Positions 23,720 through 31,835 of a stretch of 31,835 nt of DNA are shown piece by piece. Position numbers and translations under genes: made by a program. Position 1 is the stretch's first letter. Each line of letters opens with the position of its first letter. Source of the stretch: Acutalibacteraceae bacterium (lineage in GTDB: Bacteria; Bacillota; Clostridia; Oscillospirales; Acutalibacteraceae). The notes beneath the pieces are model-generated. The model had not been told where the DNA came from, searched no databases, and saw nothing but the letters and a program-made list of their open reading frames with translations. The stretch spans positions 1 through 31,835 of the forward strand of contig JAZUNC010000016.1 in the NCBI GenBank assembly GCA_045603945.1. Direction: 5' to 3'.

Positions 23720-25096
23720 TCACTTATACCTGTCAACAACCGCCTTAATAGCTCTCATCAAACACTCTTGCGTGTCTACTTTACCGGCAAGAGCTTTCGA
23801 CACCTCAACGTCCATCGTCCCCTCAACTAGCAAATGATAAACGTATACGGGCTTTGTTTGCCCCTGACGATTGAGCCGTGCATTCGCCTGTTGGTATAAC
23901 TCCAACGCCCAGTTAAGCCCATACCACACGATTATATTGCCTCCTCTCTGCATGTTAAGACCGTAAGCCGTCGATGCAGGGTGTGCAAGCAACACCTCTA
24001 TCTCGCCGTTATTCCAACGCTCTACGCAGCTGTCATCATCCATCACAACGACATTATAACCTTTTAGTGCTTGCTTAATGCGTGGTATTTCGTGCTTGAA
24101 TTGATAAAATAACAAAACGGGGTTGCCGTTTGCCTCCTCTATAAGCTCTGCTAACGCCTCTATCTTGCTATCATGTAGATGCTTTACATTTTTGTCGGCA
24201 TCATAGATGGCACCGCTTGCATATTGCAGCAGCTTGTTGGAGAGGGCTGCCGCATTAACCGCAGATATAGAGCCGTCCTCCTCCTCCGGGAGAGCAAGTA
24301 CTTGCTCCTTTGCAAATTGCTCATAATTCGCCCTCAGCTTGTCGGAGAGAGGTATCATTACATCGTGATAACTGCAAGCAGGGAGCGACAAATAATCCTC
24401 TGCTTTCATCGACACACAAAAGTCGGCTATCGCATTGTAGATGCGTTGCTCTCCATCGCTTTGCAGCTTGTAATCAAATACTACTTGCCCGTTTGTCCTG
24501 CCCGGTCGAAAATAATTTGCTCGGTAGTGCGTTATATATTTCCCAAGAGCGTTGCCTTGGTCAAGCAAATATACTTGCCCCCATAAGTCAATTAAGCCGT
24601 TAGGTGCTGGTGTTCCCGTCAAACCTACTACCCTCGCTAAGCGAGGGCGTATAGTTCTCATTGCCTTCCAGCGAGCCGACTTGTGATTTTTAAAACTCGA
24701 AAGCTCGTCAAGCACCACCATATCGAAAGGAATACGACGCCCACTATAATGAGCTACAAGCCATTGCACGTTTTCGCGATTCGTTATGTAAATATCTGCT
24801 TCACTATTTAACGCCTTGATACGCTGCTTCTCCGTGCCAAGGACGCGGATAGCTTTCAGATCCGATAGATGCTCCCACTTCTCTATCTCTTGCAGCCATA
24901 CCGATTGAGCAACCCTGAGAGGTGCTATTACAAGCACCTTGCTTATTTCGAGGTTATATATCAACCGCTTTATAGCCGTTAATACGCACACCGTTTTGCC
25001 AAGCCCCATTTCGAGAAATAGCCCGACATAAGGCGTCTCGATAATCTTCTCTATCGCATAACGTTGATAATCGTGCGGCTTAAAAGTCATCTGCAT
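23720..25096 (-). CDS. SNF2-like (SF2) helicase
   Basis: LEMGLGKT, VVLDELS, LTGTP and QANARLNRQGQ motifs. Confidence 0.9.
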   Translation of the reverse strand: MQMTFKPHDYQRYAIEKIIETPYVGLFLEMGLGKTVCVLTAIKRLIYNLEISKVLVIAPLRVAQSVWLQEIEKWEHLSDLKAIRVLGTEKQRIKALNSEADIYITNRENVQWLVAHYSGRRIPFDMVVLDELSSFKNHKSARWKAMRTIRPRLARVVGLTGTPAPNGLIDLWGQVYLLDQGNALGKYITHYRANYFRPGRTNGQVVFDYKLQSDGEQRIYNAIADFCVSMKAEDYLSLPACSYHDVMIPLSDKLRANYEQFAKEQVLALPEEEDGSISAVNAAALSNKLLQYASGAIYDADKNVKHLHDSKIEALAELIEEANGNPVLLFYQFKHEIPRIKQALKGYNVVVMDDDSCVERWNNGEIEVLLAHPASTAYGLNMQRGGNIIVWYGLNWALELYQQANARLNRQGQTKPVYVYHLLVEGTMDVEVSKALAGKVDTQECLMRAIKAVVDRYK

Positions 25097-25382
25097 AACA
25101 TATAAGGCGTTTAAATTCATTCAACTTCTCTGCACTATCTATCACAAATACCTCCTGCTGACGTTTCCGCAGCTCAGCATGTGCCAAATCTTGCAGCTTT
25201 GTAGGCTTCTTGCCCTTGCTTTTAAGCTCTACCCAACATGTGCCTCCGTCGGGCAATACAACCAATCTGTCAGGCAACCCTCGGTGATAGGGGTTGTGAA
25301 TTTTGATGCACATACCTCCGATGCCTTCTACCGCTTCGACAAGTTTACGCTCTAAATACTTCTCGCTATCCTTGCTATTCAT
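25080..25382 (-). CDS. VRR-NUC domain nuclease
   Basis: GLPDRLV...WVELKSKGKKPTKLQ (PD-(D/E)xK); adjacent to the SNF2 helicase. Confidence 0.88.
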   Translation of the reverse strand: MNSKDSEKYLERKLVEAVEGIGGMCIKIHNPYHRGLPDRLVVLPDGGTCWVELKSKGKKPTKLQDLAHAELRKRQQEVFVIDSAEKLNEFKRLICYADDF

Positions 25383-25596
25383 ATCTTTTGCCTCCTCTCA
25401 ATCGCTCTTCAAAAGCTATCTTGTCATCGATGTAATATTTGGCAAATGTCAGTGATGTAGCCGTTGCAACAAGCTGCCCCCATGAGTTGCTAATTGTCCA
25501 TCCAATTGACGCAACTCTTCTCACTGAATAGCCTCGATAAAAATACATGCCATCGCCCATTCTTACTGCTGATTTTTCTCTTCTTTTTTTTTCCAT
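25375..25596 (-). CDS. Hypothetical protein
   Basis: Likely start MEKKRREK at 25596; the longer ORF-track start falls inside the AT-rich repeat region. Confidence 0.55.
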   Translation of the reverse strand: MEKKRREKSAVRMGDGMYFYRGYSVRRVASIGWTISNSWGQLVATATSLTFAKYYIDDKIAFEERLRGGKRYE

Positions 25597-25620
25597 TATT
25601 ATTACTCCTTTCTGCTCGCT

Positions 25621-25886
25621 TGTAACAATGTAACAATTTTTTTCTATTAATTCTATACACATGTGTATATATATATATTTTAAGCCTATTATACCTAAAA
25701 GTGTTTTATATATATATTATTGTTACATTGTTACAAACTTGTCTTAACCGCTTAATTTTTAATCCTTTATCGCATGTAACAAAATTTGTAACAAATCCGT
25801 AACAATCAATTATTGTTACTTAAAATTTGTTAACGCTTAAATTCTGTAACAAAAAAATTCCGTCATTGTTACACGCTTTTGTTACA
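25621..25886. repeat. Putative replication origin (TGTWACA iterons, AT-rich)
   Basis: Nine exact TGT(A/T)ACA copies plus a perfect 17-bp inverted repeat (25621-25637 / 25719-25735); non-coding, just downstream of the primase-helicase gene. Confidence 0.6.
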
Positions 25887-25903
25887 CCTTATTTTACCCG
25901 ATT

Positions 25904-28342
25904 TTAAACGCCTGAACTCGCCATGAAATCCTCGTCGTCAAAGAGGTCGTAATGCACCTCGTTAGGTACTTCGAATACACGCTGCATTCCGTATAAAGGA
26001 ATGCGACGCATAGGCAATTCTTTCAGCCCCATGTGGCGAAATAATGCATTTATATCTCTCGTTTTGTAACGAGTTTTATCATCGATTCGTTCGCCAAAGC
26101 ACTCGGCCAACACCTCAACAGCACACACCGTTTCGCGTCGTTTGACACCCTGCATTTGCAGTGGGTCGCCGTCTATCAGCCATCGTCTGCGGCTCTCGAT
26201 TGAACGGTTCGACCAATCAGCAGGCAGCAACTTGTTGATGTAAGTTGTGATGATGCCTATGCGTTCGTCGTTGCCACTCTCCGAGTTCTCGACTTGCCGC
26301 TCTCTGGACTCACGTTCGAGTTCACGAGGTAGGTACAACGCTTCGCCTTGGTTATAATAGTGATACGCCTCTGCCCATAGCTGACCTCTTACATGCTCGG
26401 TGAGGTCACTCCATAAGTCGTATTTCGGCTTGATAACGCCTACCTCTATCACCCACCAACGACGGTTGCCCGTGTCGCCTTTCAAGAAGTGTTCTTCGTT
26501 TGTCGTTGCAAAAAATACGCATTGTCGTGGATACGTCTCTATCTTCCTTCCATAAGCAGGTCGGAACGTGTCATCCGTTTTGGATAAAAACGCCTTATAT
26601 GCTTCGACGCTACTACGCTTGTAATTCGTCAATTCTCCAAGCTCTATAAGCCATTTCCGCTGCACCTGCTCCATAGCTTCCTTGCCCTCAACGCTCGTAA
26701 AGCTGTCGCTGAACCATTCGCCACCCATCACTTTGAGTATTGTCGACTTTCCGATGCCTTCACCTCCTCGGAGGGTTAAGATGTAATCCCATTTCGTCCC
26801 CGGCTGCATCACTCGGGCTACGGCAGCGACAAACGTTTTGCGTGTCATCGCCCTTGTCAACTCACTATCCGCTGCACCGAGGTAGTCAACCATCAACGTG
26901 TCAAGCCGTGGCGTACCATCCCATTGTAGCGTGTTGAGGTAATCTCTGATGGGGTGAAATCTTCGCTTTGACATCATCGACTCAAACGCATCATATATCT
27001 TGTCCTTGCCCTCCATGCACCAAGGCTCGCGAGCAAGATAGCACCTCAGGTTCGCGTCGTCTTCGTTATCCCAATACGGGCGAGCCGCACTCTTAGCCCT
27101 CCACGGGAGGGACGATATAAGCACATCCGTGTGGTTGAACTCGTCACGTTTAAGCACTCCCCTGAGAGCCGCGTCGTTGGTTAATATTAACTCAATATTT
27201 TTAAGCGTTTTGAGGAAATTTCCACGTTTGTCGACATCGAGTTGCTTTTGCCAATCGCTACCCTCATCGACAAGTGTCGGCTCCATCACATCGAAGTCGG
27301 CACTCGCCTCTCTTACACGCTCGGCTGCCAACAGCTGTACAACTTGCTTATCTTGCCTTGCAAGCTCCTCCATTGCTTTGTAGCTCGGCAGCCTATTTAC
27401 AGGCGTGTCGGGCAGGCTGTTGGCGTCAGCACCGCCGAAGCGATGAAGCCTAACAAGGTCAAAAGCGTTGCACAGGCGACCGCCTGCGGGGTCAGTTGCG
27501 TGATGCGAGTACAGATACATGTCATCATATACAACGGCTCCACCGGACGTTGTGCCTTCTGTATATGTATATCTGCCCTCTATCGTGCTTCGCTTATACA
27601 CTCGTGGCAGATATTTGTCGATGGCATTTGCTATCGTATATGTACGGCAAAATGCACCAATAATGCCTGACTTCTCCGTCGGGTTGCCGACCTGCTTAGA
27701 GGCTTGCCTGATACGAGCTGTCACACGCGAGCTGTAAGCCCATTGCGTGCAGTCACGCCAGTCGGCGTAAGCACTTAACACCTCTTCAACGTTAAGAGGC
27801 TCACCCTCTTGTTCTCTGAAATAATACTCTCCATCTTTTGAAGTCGACGGCCAATACATCAAGCGGTGAGGCTCATAAGACGTGTCATCTACTTGCTCTA
27901 TTCCTATATATTCAGCCACCTTGCGTGCGATAGCTTCATACTCGTCTATCGCCACATCACGCGATAGCGGTATAACAAGCCGAAGCCTCGGCTGATCCGA
28001 TGTGTGCTTATGAGTGCTATACACAAGGGCTGCACAACTCATTATTAAAGTTAAGTCATCCCACATTGTTTGGGCAGCATTGTCGAGGTCAAGCGTCAAA
28101 ATAGAGCGATGCACCACATTGCCCGACTTTCGGCTGCCTGCGTTGAGGTAGCCACCAACGAAGCCTCCTACATCTTTTATCTCGCCTTGCCGCTCTTTCG
28201 GCATGGCTTTGTACTCCGCCAACGTCTCATGCGTCGTTGTTGTTGTTGATAGCTTATGAGCAAGCTCCGACCATTCGACGCTTTTATTTCGCAGCGTCTT
28301 GTCGTGCCTGCTCCTCGCTATTGCTATGTCGTATGTTCTCAT
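25904..28342 (-). CDS. Primase-helicase (N-terminal primase-like domain plus VirE-type P-loop helicase)
   Basis: LTLDLD and YSTHKH in the N-terminal domain; Walker A GGEGIGKST, WLIELGEL, RPAYGR and GNRRWWV. Confidence 0.88.
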   Translation of the reverse strand: MRTYDIAIARSRHDKTLRNKSVEWSELAHKLSTTTTTHETLAEYKAMPKERQGEIKDVGGFVGGYLNAGSRKSGNVVHRSILTLDLDNAAQTMWDDLTLIMSCAALVYSTHKHTSDQPRLRLVIPLSRDVAIDEYEAIARKVAEYIGIEQVDDTSYEPHRLMYWPSTSKDGEYYFREQEGEPLNVEEVLSAYADWRDCTQWAYSSRVTARIRQASKQVGNPTEKSGIIGAFCRTYTIANAIDKYLPRVYKRSTIEGRYTYTEGTTSGGAVVYDDMYLYSHHATDPAGGRLCNAFDLVRLHRFGGADANSLPDTPVNRLPSYKAMEELARQDKQVVQLLAAERVREASADFDVMEPTLVDEGSDWQKQLDVDKRGNFLKTLKNIELILTNDAALRGVLKRDEFNHTDVLISSLPWRAKSAARPYWDNEDDANLRCYLAREPWCMEGKDKIYDAFESMMSKRRFHPIRDYLNTLQWDGTPRLDTLMVDYLGAADSELTRAMTRKTFVAAVARVMQPGTKWDYILTLRGGEGIGKSTILKVMGGEWFSDSFTSVEGKEAMEQVQRKWLIELGELTNYKRSSVEAYKAFLSKTDDTFRPAYGRKIETYPRQCVFFATTNEEHFLKGDTGNRRWWVIEVGVIKPKYDLWSDLTEHVRGQLWAEAYHYYNQGEALYLPRELERESRERQVENSESGNDERIGIITTYINKLLPADWSNRSIESRRRWLIDGDPLQMQGVKRRETVCAVEVLAECFGERIDDKTRYKTRDINALFRHMGLKELPMRRIPLYGMQRVFEVPNEVHYDLFDDEDFMASSGV

Positions 28343-28532
28343 CTCTCTCTACTTTTTTGAACGCGTAGCCCTCCCCCGTAATCTCTAAGCATACACGCGA
28401 GAAGGCATTGTTAGTGTTGTTATCTACGTTTGTGCAGAAGTTGAGTAAGTCGCATTCTCGGCACTCCTCGTTGAGGTTGGCAGCTATCGGAGCATACACA
28501 ACCCCGTTTATCGTTAATTTTATATCTTTCAT
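28284..28532 (-). CDS. Small Cys-containing hypothetical protein
   Basis: CRECDLLNFC...C pattern, possibly zinc-binding. Confidence 0.55.
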   Translation of the reverse strand: MKDIKLTINGVVYAPIAANLNEECRECDLLNFCTNVDNNTNNAFSRVCLEITGEGYAFKKVERDENIRHSNSEEQARQDAAK

Positions 28533-29053
28533 ATCTTTTTGCTTTTAACCATTCGCAAAATATAACTCAATGGTGCATAAACGTGTATTTTGCAATCTTT
28601 TATCATATCACACATACGCATTAAAGCGTTAAGTACAGCATCTTTGGCGTCGTCATAGTCGACACCACTAACACGTTGCATATGTTGAGTGCATCTCTCC
28701 ATGTGAGGTAATAGGTAGTTATATAATAGTGTTGCATCTCTCTCTCTGATAGCTACCACGCAAAGCGTTTGCCACTTAATAGCCTCCTCATAACGCCTCA
28801 TAGCACATAGTGTTACGCCTTTATATGTGCATCGTTTGGCTTTTCCCCTATTAAATAGAGCTAAGTTGTCGCCAGTATTTGCACAATATATGATATCTCG
28901 TTTCTTAACGCGACAAATTTTGCCTCCTATTACGAGGGTCGTTGATTCTCCGTAACCGCTAAATTTAAGAGGCTTGCCTGACGAGCTTATAACAATACCG
29001 TCGTCATATACTTTCAATTGAGGGCACCCATTGACAACTTTAAAAGGTATCAT
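28529..29053 (-). CDS. Hypothetical protein (degenerate NUMOD4-like N-terminus plus sigma region-2-like C-terminus)
   Basis: 174 aa, coupled to the PolA stop; domain calls are pattern-based only. Confidence 0.5.
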   Translation of the reverse strand: MIPFKVVNGCPQLKVYDDGIVISSSGKPLKFSGYGESTTLVIGGKICRVKKRDIIYCANTGDNLALFNRGKAKRCTYKGVTLCAMRRYEEAIKWQTLCVVAIRERDATLLYNYLLPHMERCTQHMQRVSGVDYDDAKDAVLNALMRMCDMIKDCKIHVYAPLSYILRMVKSKKI

Positions 29054-30981
29054 TTTCGGTAAAAATTACTCGCAAAGGCAACGCCTCGCAAGGGTAAAGT
29101 ACTCGCCCATGAAGGGGCTATTGAAAATTCTCTCTCTATCTCGGTGAGGCAGCTATCCGCAGTTCTTTCATCTACTTCGACAACTACCTCATCATGCACA
29201 TGGGCAACTATCTTGTATCCTTTCGCATCAAGCCTCAGCATTGTATCTGCGAGGCAATCCCGGGCAATTGCTTGCACTATATTTTCGACGATGCGACCTC
29301 CATATAGCTGCTCTTTGCCCTTCTTGCGATAGTCCGCTTCGGCTTCGTAAAACACCTTGCCATCTTTGTACTCGGCATTTCGGTACGCGAGATAACGCCC
29401 AGAAGGCAATGTGATGTACAGCGTGCCTTCTATCACTTCAAATGTAAAGCCACAGTACTTCGTAACACTTTTGTATCTCGCTGCATATATAGCAACGCTC
29501 TCTATCTCACGCCAAAAGGTTACGATGCGTGGATTTGCATCTCTCCATAGCTTAACAGTGGCAGTCATCTGCTCTGCCGTTAAGCCTATTTCATTGCCTC
29601 CCATGGCTTGCAACGCGTTGACGCCACCGTTGTAGCCAAGGGCAAGGTCGGCGACTTTGCCATGTTTATACCTCTTGCCACCATGCGTTATGTCATCTAT
29701 TGGCACATTGTATAGCTTCGCAGCTGTGGCTTCGTATATCTTGCCATCTCCGCGAAATACATCAAGACGCCACTCCTCACCGGCAAGCCACGCCAACACT
29801 CGCGGCTCAACAGCCGAGTAGTCGCAAACGATAAGCTTTTTGCCTGATGGAGCCACGATGGCCGTACGGAGTAGTTGAGATAGCAGCTCCGTTACATTGC
29901 CGTAAGACAACTCCAAGGTGTCAATGTCACAGCTCTTCACTGCCGCCCTCATCGCAGAGAGCTGAGATGATGGCGTGTGTGGTAAGTTGTGCAGCTGTAT
30001 CAAACGACCTGCCCATCTTCCGGTGTGCGTGCCGTAATAATGAAATAGCCCTCTCGCTCTGCCATCTACTTCGCTCATCACATCTAACATTGTGCTATAT
30101 TTCGATGTGCTTACTTTCGCGAGCTGCTTGCGTATGGTTAACACTCGCAACACGTCGATGTCACGAGTGCGTGCTAAAATCTCGTCAACTCGGGCAGCAT
30201 TGAGCGAATACGTCTTAATTCCCCTCGACAAAAGCCACTCCGTTAGCTGCTGCACGCTCATTGGATTGTCGCACCCCGTTATACGCTTCGCTTCGTTGAC
30301 AAGTCGCTCCCTTACATCACCATCGATGCGTTGACAACGTTCGGCAAAAGCTCTATCTATCAGCACACCATTATCATTAATCTTGCCGTCGAGGGCGTAA
30401 ACGGCTTGCTCATAGTCTCCGCAAGCTCTCCCGACACATGTTGCCTTGTCGAGTGCAATTGTCGAGCGGACATCTTGCACACAGTACGCTTTAAACATCG
30501 ACCACATGCCCGGTGCATCACTCGGCATGATGCGTGAACGCATGCCATTGCCCTTTGTTGGCTTCTGCGGCATACAGAAGATGCGAATCAATTTCGCACC
30601 GTCGGGGTTTTTACGCTCCGAGCAACAGGCTACCTTACACGCTTCATCGAGGCTGCGAGGCAACCCCATGCGAGCTGATTGGGCGAGCGTACATCTCCAC
30701 GACTTCGGGCTTATATGTCTTGCGAAATAGGCAGCAAGACAAGTCCTCTCGAATATAGCGTTATGTGCTATCTTAACAACATCGTCGTTATATATAGCAC
30801 TTACAATGTCTTCTGGGATTCGCTCTCCGCTGGCGATGTCTACAATTTGAACCTCTCCACCATCTACGGAGTAGGCAAAAAGTAATAGCGAGAATTGCTT
30901 GCCTTGCGTATATTTGTAAATCCCGCAATTTGTCAAGTCAACTTCGCTATACGTTTCTATATCAATGTATAAGGTTTTCAT
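29050..30981 (-). CDS. polA: Phage DNA polymerase, family A, with 3'-5' exonuclease domain
   Basis: ExoI DIETYS; motif A DYSAVEPR; motif B KVADLALGY; motif C HVHDE. Confidence 0.93.
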   Translation of the reverse strand: MKTLYIDIETYSEVDLTNCGIYKYTQGKQFSLLLFAYSVDGGEVQIVDIASGERIPEDIVSAIYNDDVVKIAHNAIFERTCLAAYFARHISPKSWRCTLAQSARMGLPRSLDEACKVACCSERKNPDGAKLIRIFCMPQKPTKGNGMRSRIMPSDAPGMWSMFKAYCVQDVRSTIALDKATCVGRACGDYEQAVYALDGKINDNGVLIDRAFAERCQRIDGDVRERLVNEAKRITGCDNPMSVQQLTEWLLSRGIKTYSLNAARVDEILARTRDIDVLRVLTIRKQLAKVSTSKYSTMLDVMSEVDGRARGLFHYYGTHTGRWAGRLIQLHNLPHTPSSQLSAMRAAVKSCDIDTLELSYGNVTELLSQLLRTAIVAPSGKKLIVCDYSAVEPRVLAWLAGEEWRLDVFRGDGKIYEATAAKLYNVPIDDITHGGKRYKHGKVADLALGYNGGVNALQAMGGNEIGLTAEQMTATVKLWRDANPRIVTFWREIESVAIYAARYKSVTKYCGFTFEVIEGTLYITLPSGRYLAYRNAEYKDGKVFYEAEADYRKKGKEQLYGGRIVENIVQAIARDCLADTMLRLDAKGYKIVAHVHDEVVVEVDERTADSCLTEIEREFSIAPSWASTLPLRGVAFASNFYRK

Positions 30982-30999
30982 CGCGTTTTCTTTTGTTAT

Positions 31000-31029
31000 T
31001 TACCCCCTGCACGTTTATGCAGGGGGTAA
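31000..31029. other. Perfect 12-bp hairpin between the SSB and polymerase genes
   Basis: ttaccccctgca-cgttta-tgcagggggtaa, with no U-tract on the coding strand. Confidence 0.6.
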
Positions 31030-31036
31030 TGTGTGA

Positions 31037-31603
31037 TTAAAATAGGTTGTCGATGTCATCTTGTGGCTCGATAGCCGGCACGTTGGCAAAATCAAATTCT
31101 GCTGTCGACGCACTACCGAGGTTTTCACCGTCACGAGTCTTCATGATGTGGTTGAGATAAGCTTTGATACCTTTTTTCCCGTTGACATCGTACGGAGCAA
31201 ATGTCATCGAAATCCACCCGTAACAACCGCTATAAAACTCGTCTTTGTCAATGATAGGCTTCTTATCTCGTCCTATTACACCCGGAGCCGTTTTTCGATT
31301 TGTGCTTATGTAATAACTATCTTTGTAAGCTGGGTTAATTTCTCTACCCTCTCCCGGGTTGTCGCCGTCTTTAAGGGGTAATGCGAGGCTTTCAAATGTG
31401 CGATTTCTGAACATGCCTTGTTTTTCCTCTTCGTATACCGTTCTTATTTTTTCGCTTATCTCATTAATTATATGAGTGTCTCTTTTGCTTATAACAGCTA
31501 CGACGCTGTATTTCGGGTTAACGTCGCCCCACGGCTCAAAAACGTGTGCGTAACTAAATCGAACCTCGCCGACTACTGCTTTTCGTGTTGTATTCTTTGC
31601 CAT
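31037..31603 (-). CDS. ssDNA-binding protein, DUF2815 / T7 gp2.5-like
   Basis: VRFSYAHVFEP...KYSV, FYSGCYG and GIKAYLNHIM motifs; acidic tail ending in Phe. Confidence 0.88.
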   Translation of the reverse strand: MAKNTTRKAVVGEVRFSYAHVFEPWGDVNPKYSVVAVISKRDTHIINEISEKIRTVYEEEKQGMFRNRTFESLALPLKDGDNPGEGREINPAYKDSYYISTNRKTAPGVIGRDKKPIIDKDEFYSGCYGWISMTFAPYDVNGKKGIKAYLNHIMKTRDGENLGSASTAEFDFANVPAIEPQDDIDNLF

Positions 31604-31638
31604 AATAAAATACTTTTAATTGGTTAATATTAAAGATG

Positions 31639-31835
31639 TTAAATGTTGATATTCAAAAAATCGACCGTTGCATAGATAGCCTCCCTTTTGTCATCTTCCG
31701 ATACGAGTGTTGGCTTGCCCGACGGCTTTGTGATGAAGCTTCCATACTGCTCAACTATTGTCTTTTTGCCGAGTAGCTTTTCCAGCTCTCCGAGAGATAT
31801 AAGTGTCGTCTTCGTTACAACGCTCTCATCTACTC
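31639..31835 (-). CDS. DUF2800-type nuclease, 3' end (continues from position 1 across the origin)
   Basis: Frame continues ...KPSGKPTLVSEDDKREAIYATVDFLNINI, with stop TAA at 31639-31641. Confidence 0.85.
   Translation of the reverse strand, partial: VDESVVTKTTLISLGELEKLLGKKTIVEQYGSFITKPSGKPTLVSEDDKREAIYATVDFLNINI
31695..31835. repeat. Terminal direct repeat, copy 2 (circular-contig overlap)
   Basis: Identical to bases 1-141. Confidence 0.97.

Noticed and set aside
1-31835. Stop-codon reassignment as in some gut phages
   Set aside because: All core genes are full length in the standard code, and TAG and TGA appear at plausible gene ends.

Overview
The window is an apparently complete, circular (excised or virion-form) genome of a temperate, tailed, probably siphovirus-type phage. 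The unique length is 31,694 bp: bases 31695-31835 repeat bases 1-141 exactly. The host is very likely a Bacteroidota, judged from TAnnTTTG/-33 TTTG promoters, an IntDOT-type integrase and the structural gene families. Standard genetic code. Almost all genes are on the minus strand. Early operon: small accessory genes, 9-aa repeat protein, Cro/Xis-like genes. Replication block: DUF2800-type nuclease across the origin, gp2.5-like SSB, family A DNA polymerase, primase-VirE helicase, putative ori, VRR-NUC, SNF2 helicase. Late block: ParB-like and glycosyltransferase genes, TerS/TerL, tail genes and tape measure, Mor-like regulator, Clp protease, major capsid, tail tube, portal, adaptor, holin, M15 endolysin, u-spanin. 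On the plus strand are the repressor, a tRNA-3'-like attP, the integrase and one small inserted transcription unit. The most unusual items are: (1) the plus-strand unit at 23.2-23.7 kb, with a multi-hairpin leader RNA, an amphipathic peptide frame one base out of register with its ATG, a candidate antisense promoter, an RHH regulator and a terminator; (2) a CI-like repressor that seems to lack the S24 Ser/Lys dyad but has a His/Cys-rich CX3CX2C linker, next to three 22-bp-phased operators; (3) a ParB plus TAGT/GREB1-like glycosyltransferase pair fused to the terminase operon with no TET or methylase in the genome; (4) a second, acr-aca-like cassette with the same promoter core. Family assignments come from motif recognition only; no database searches were run.
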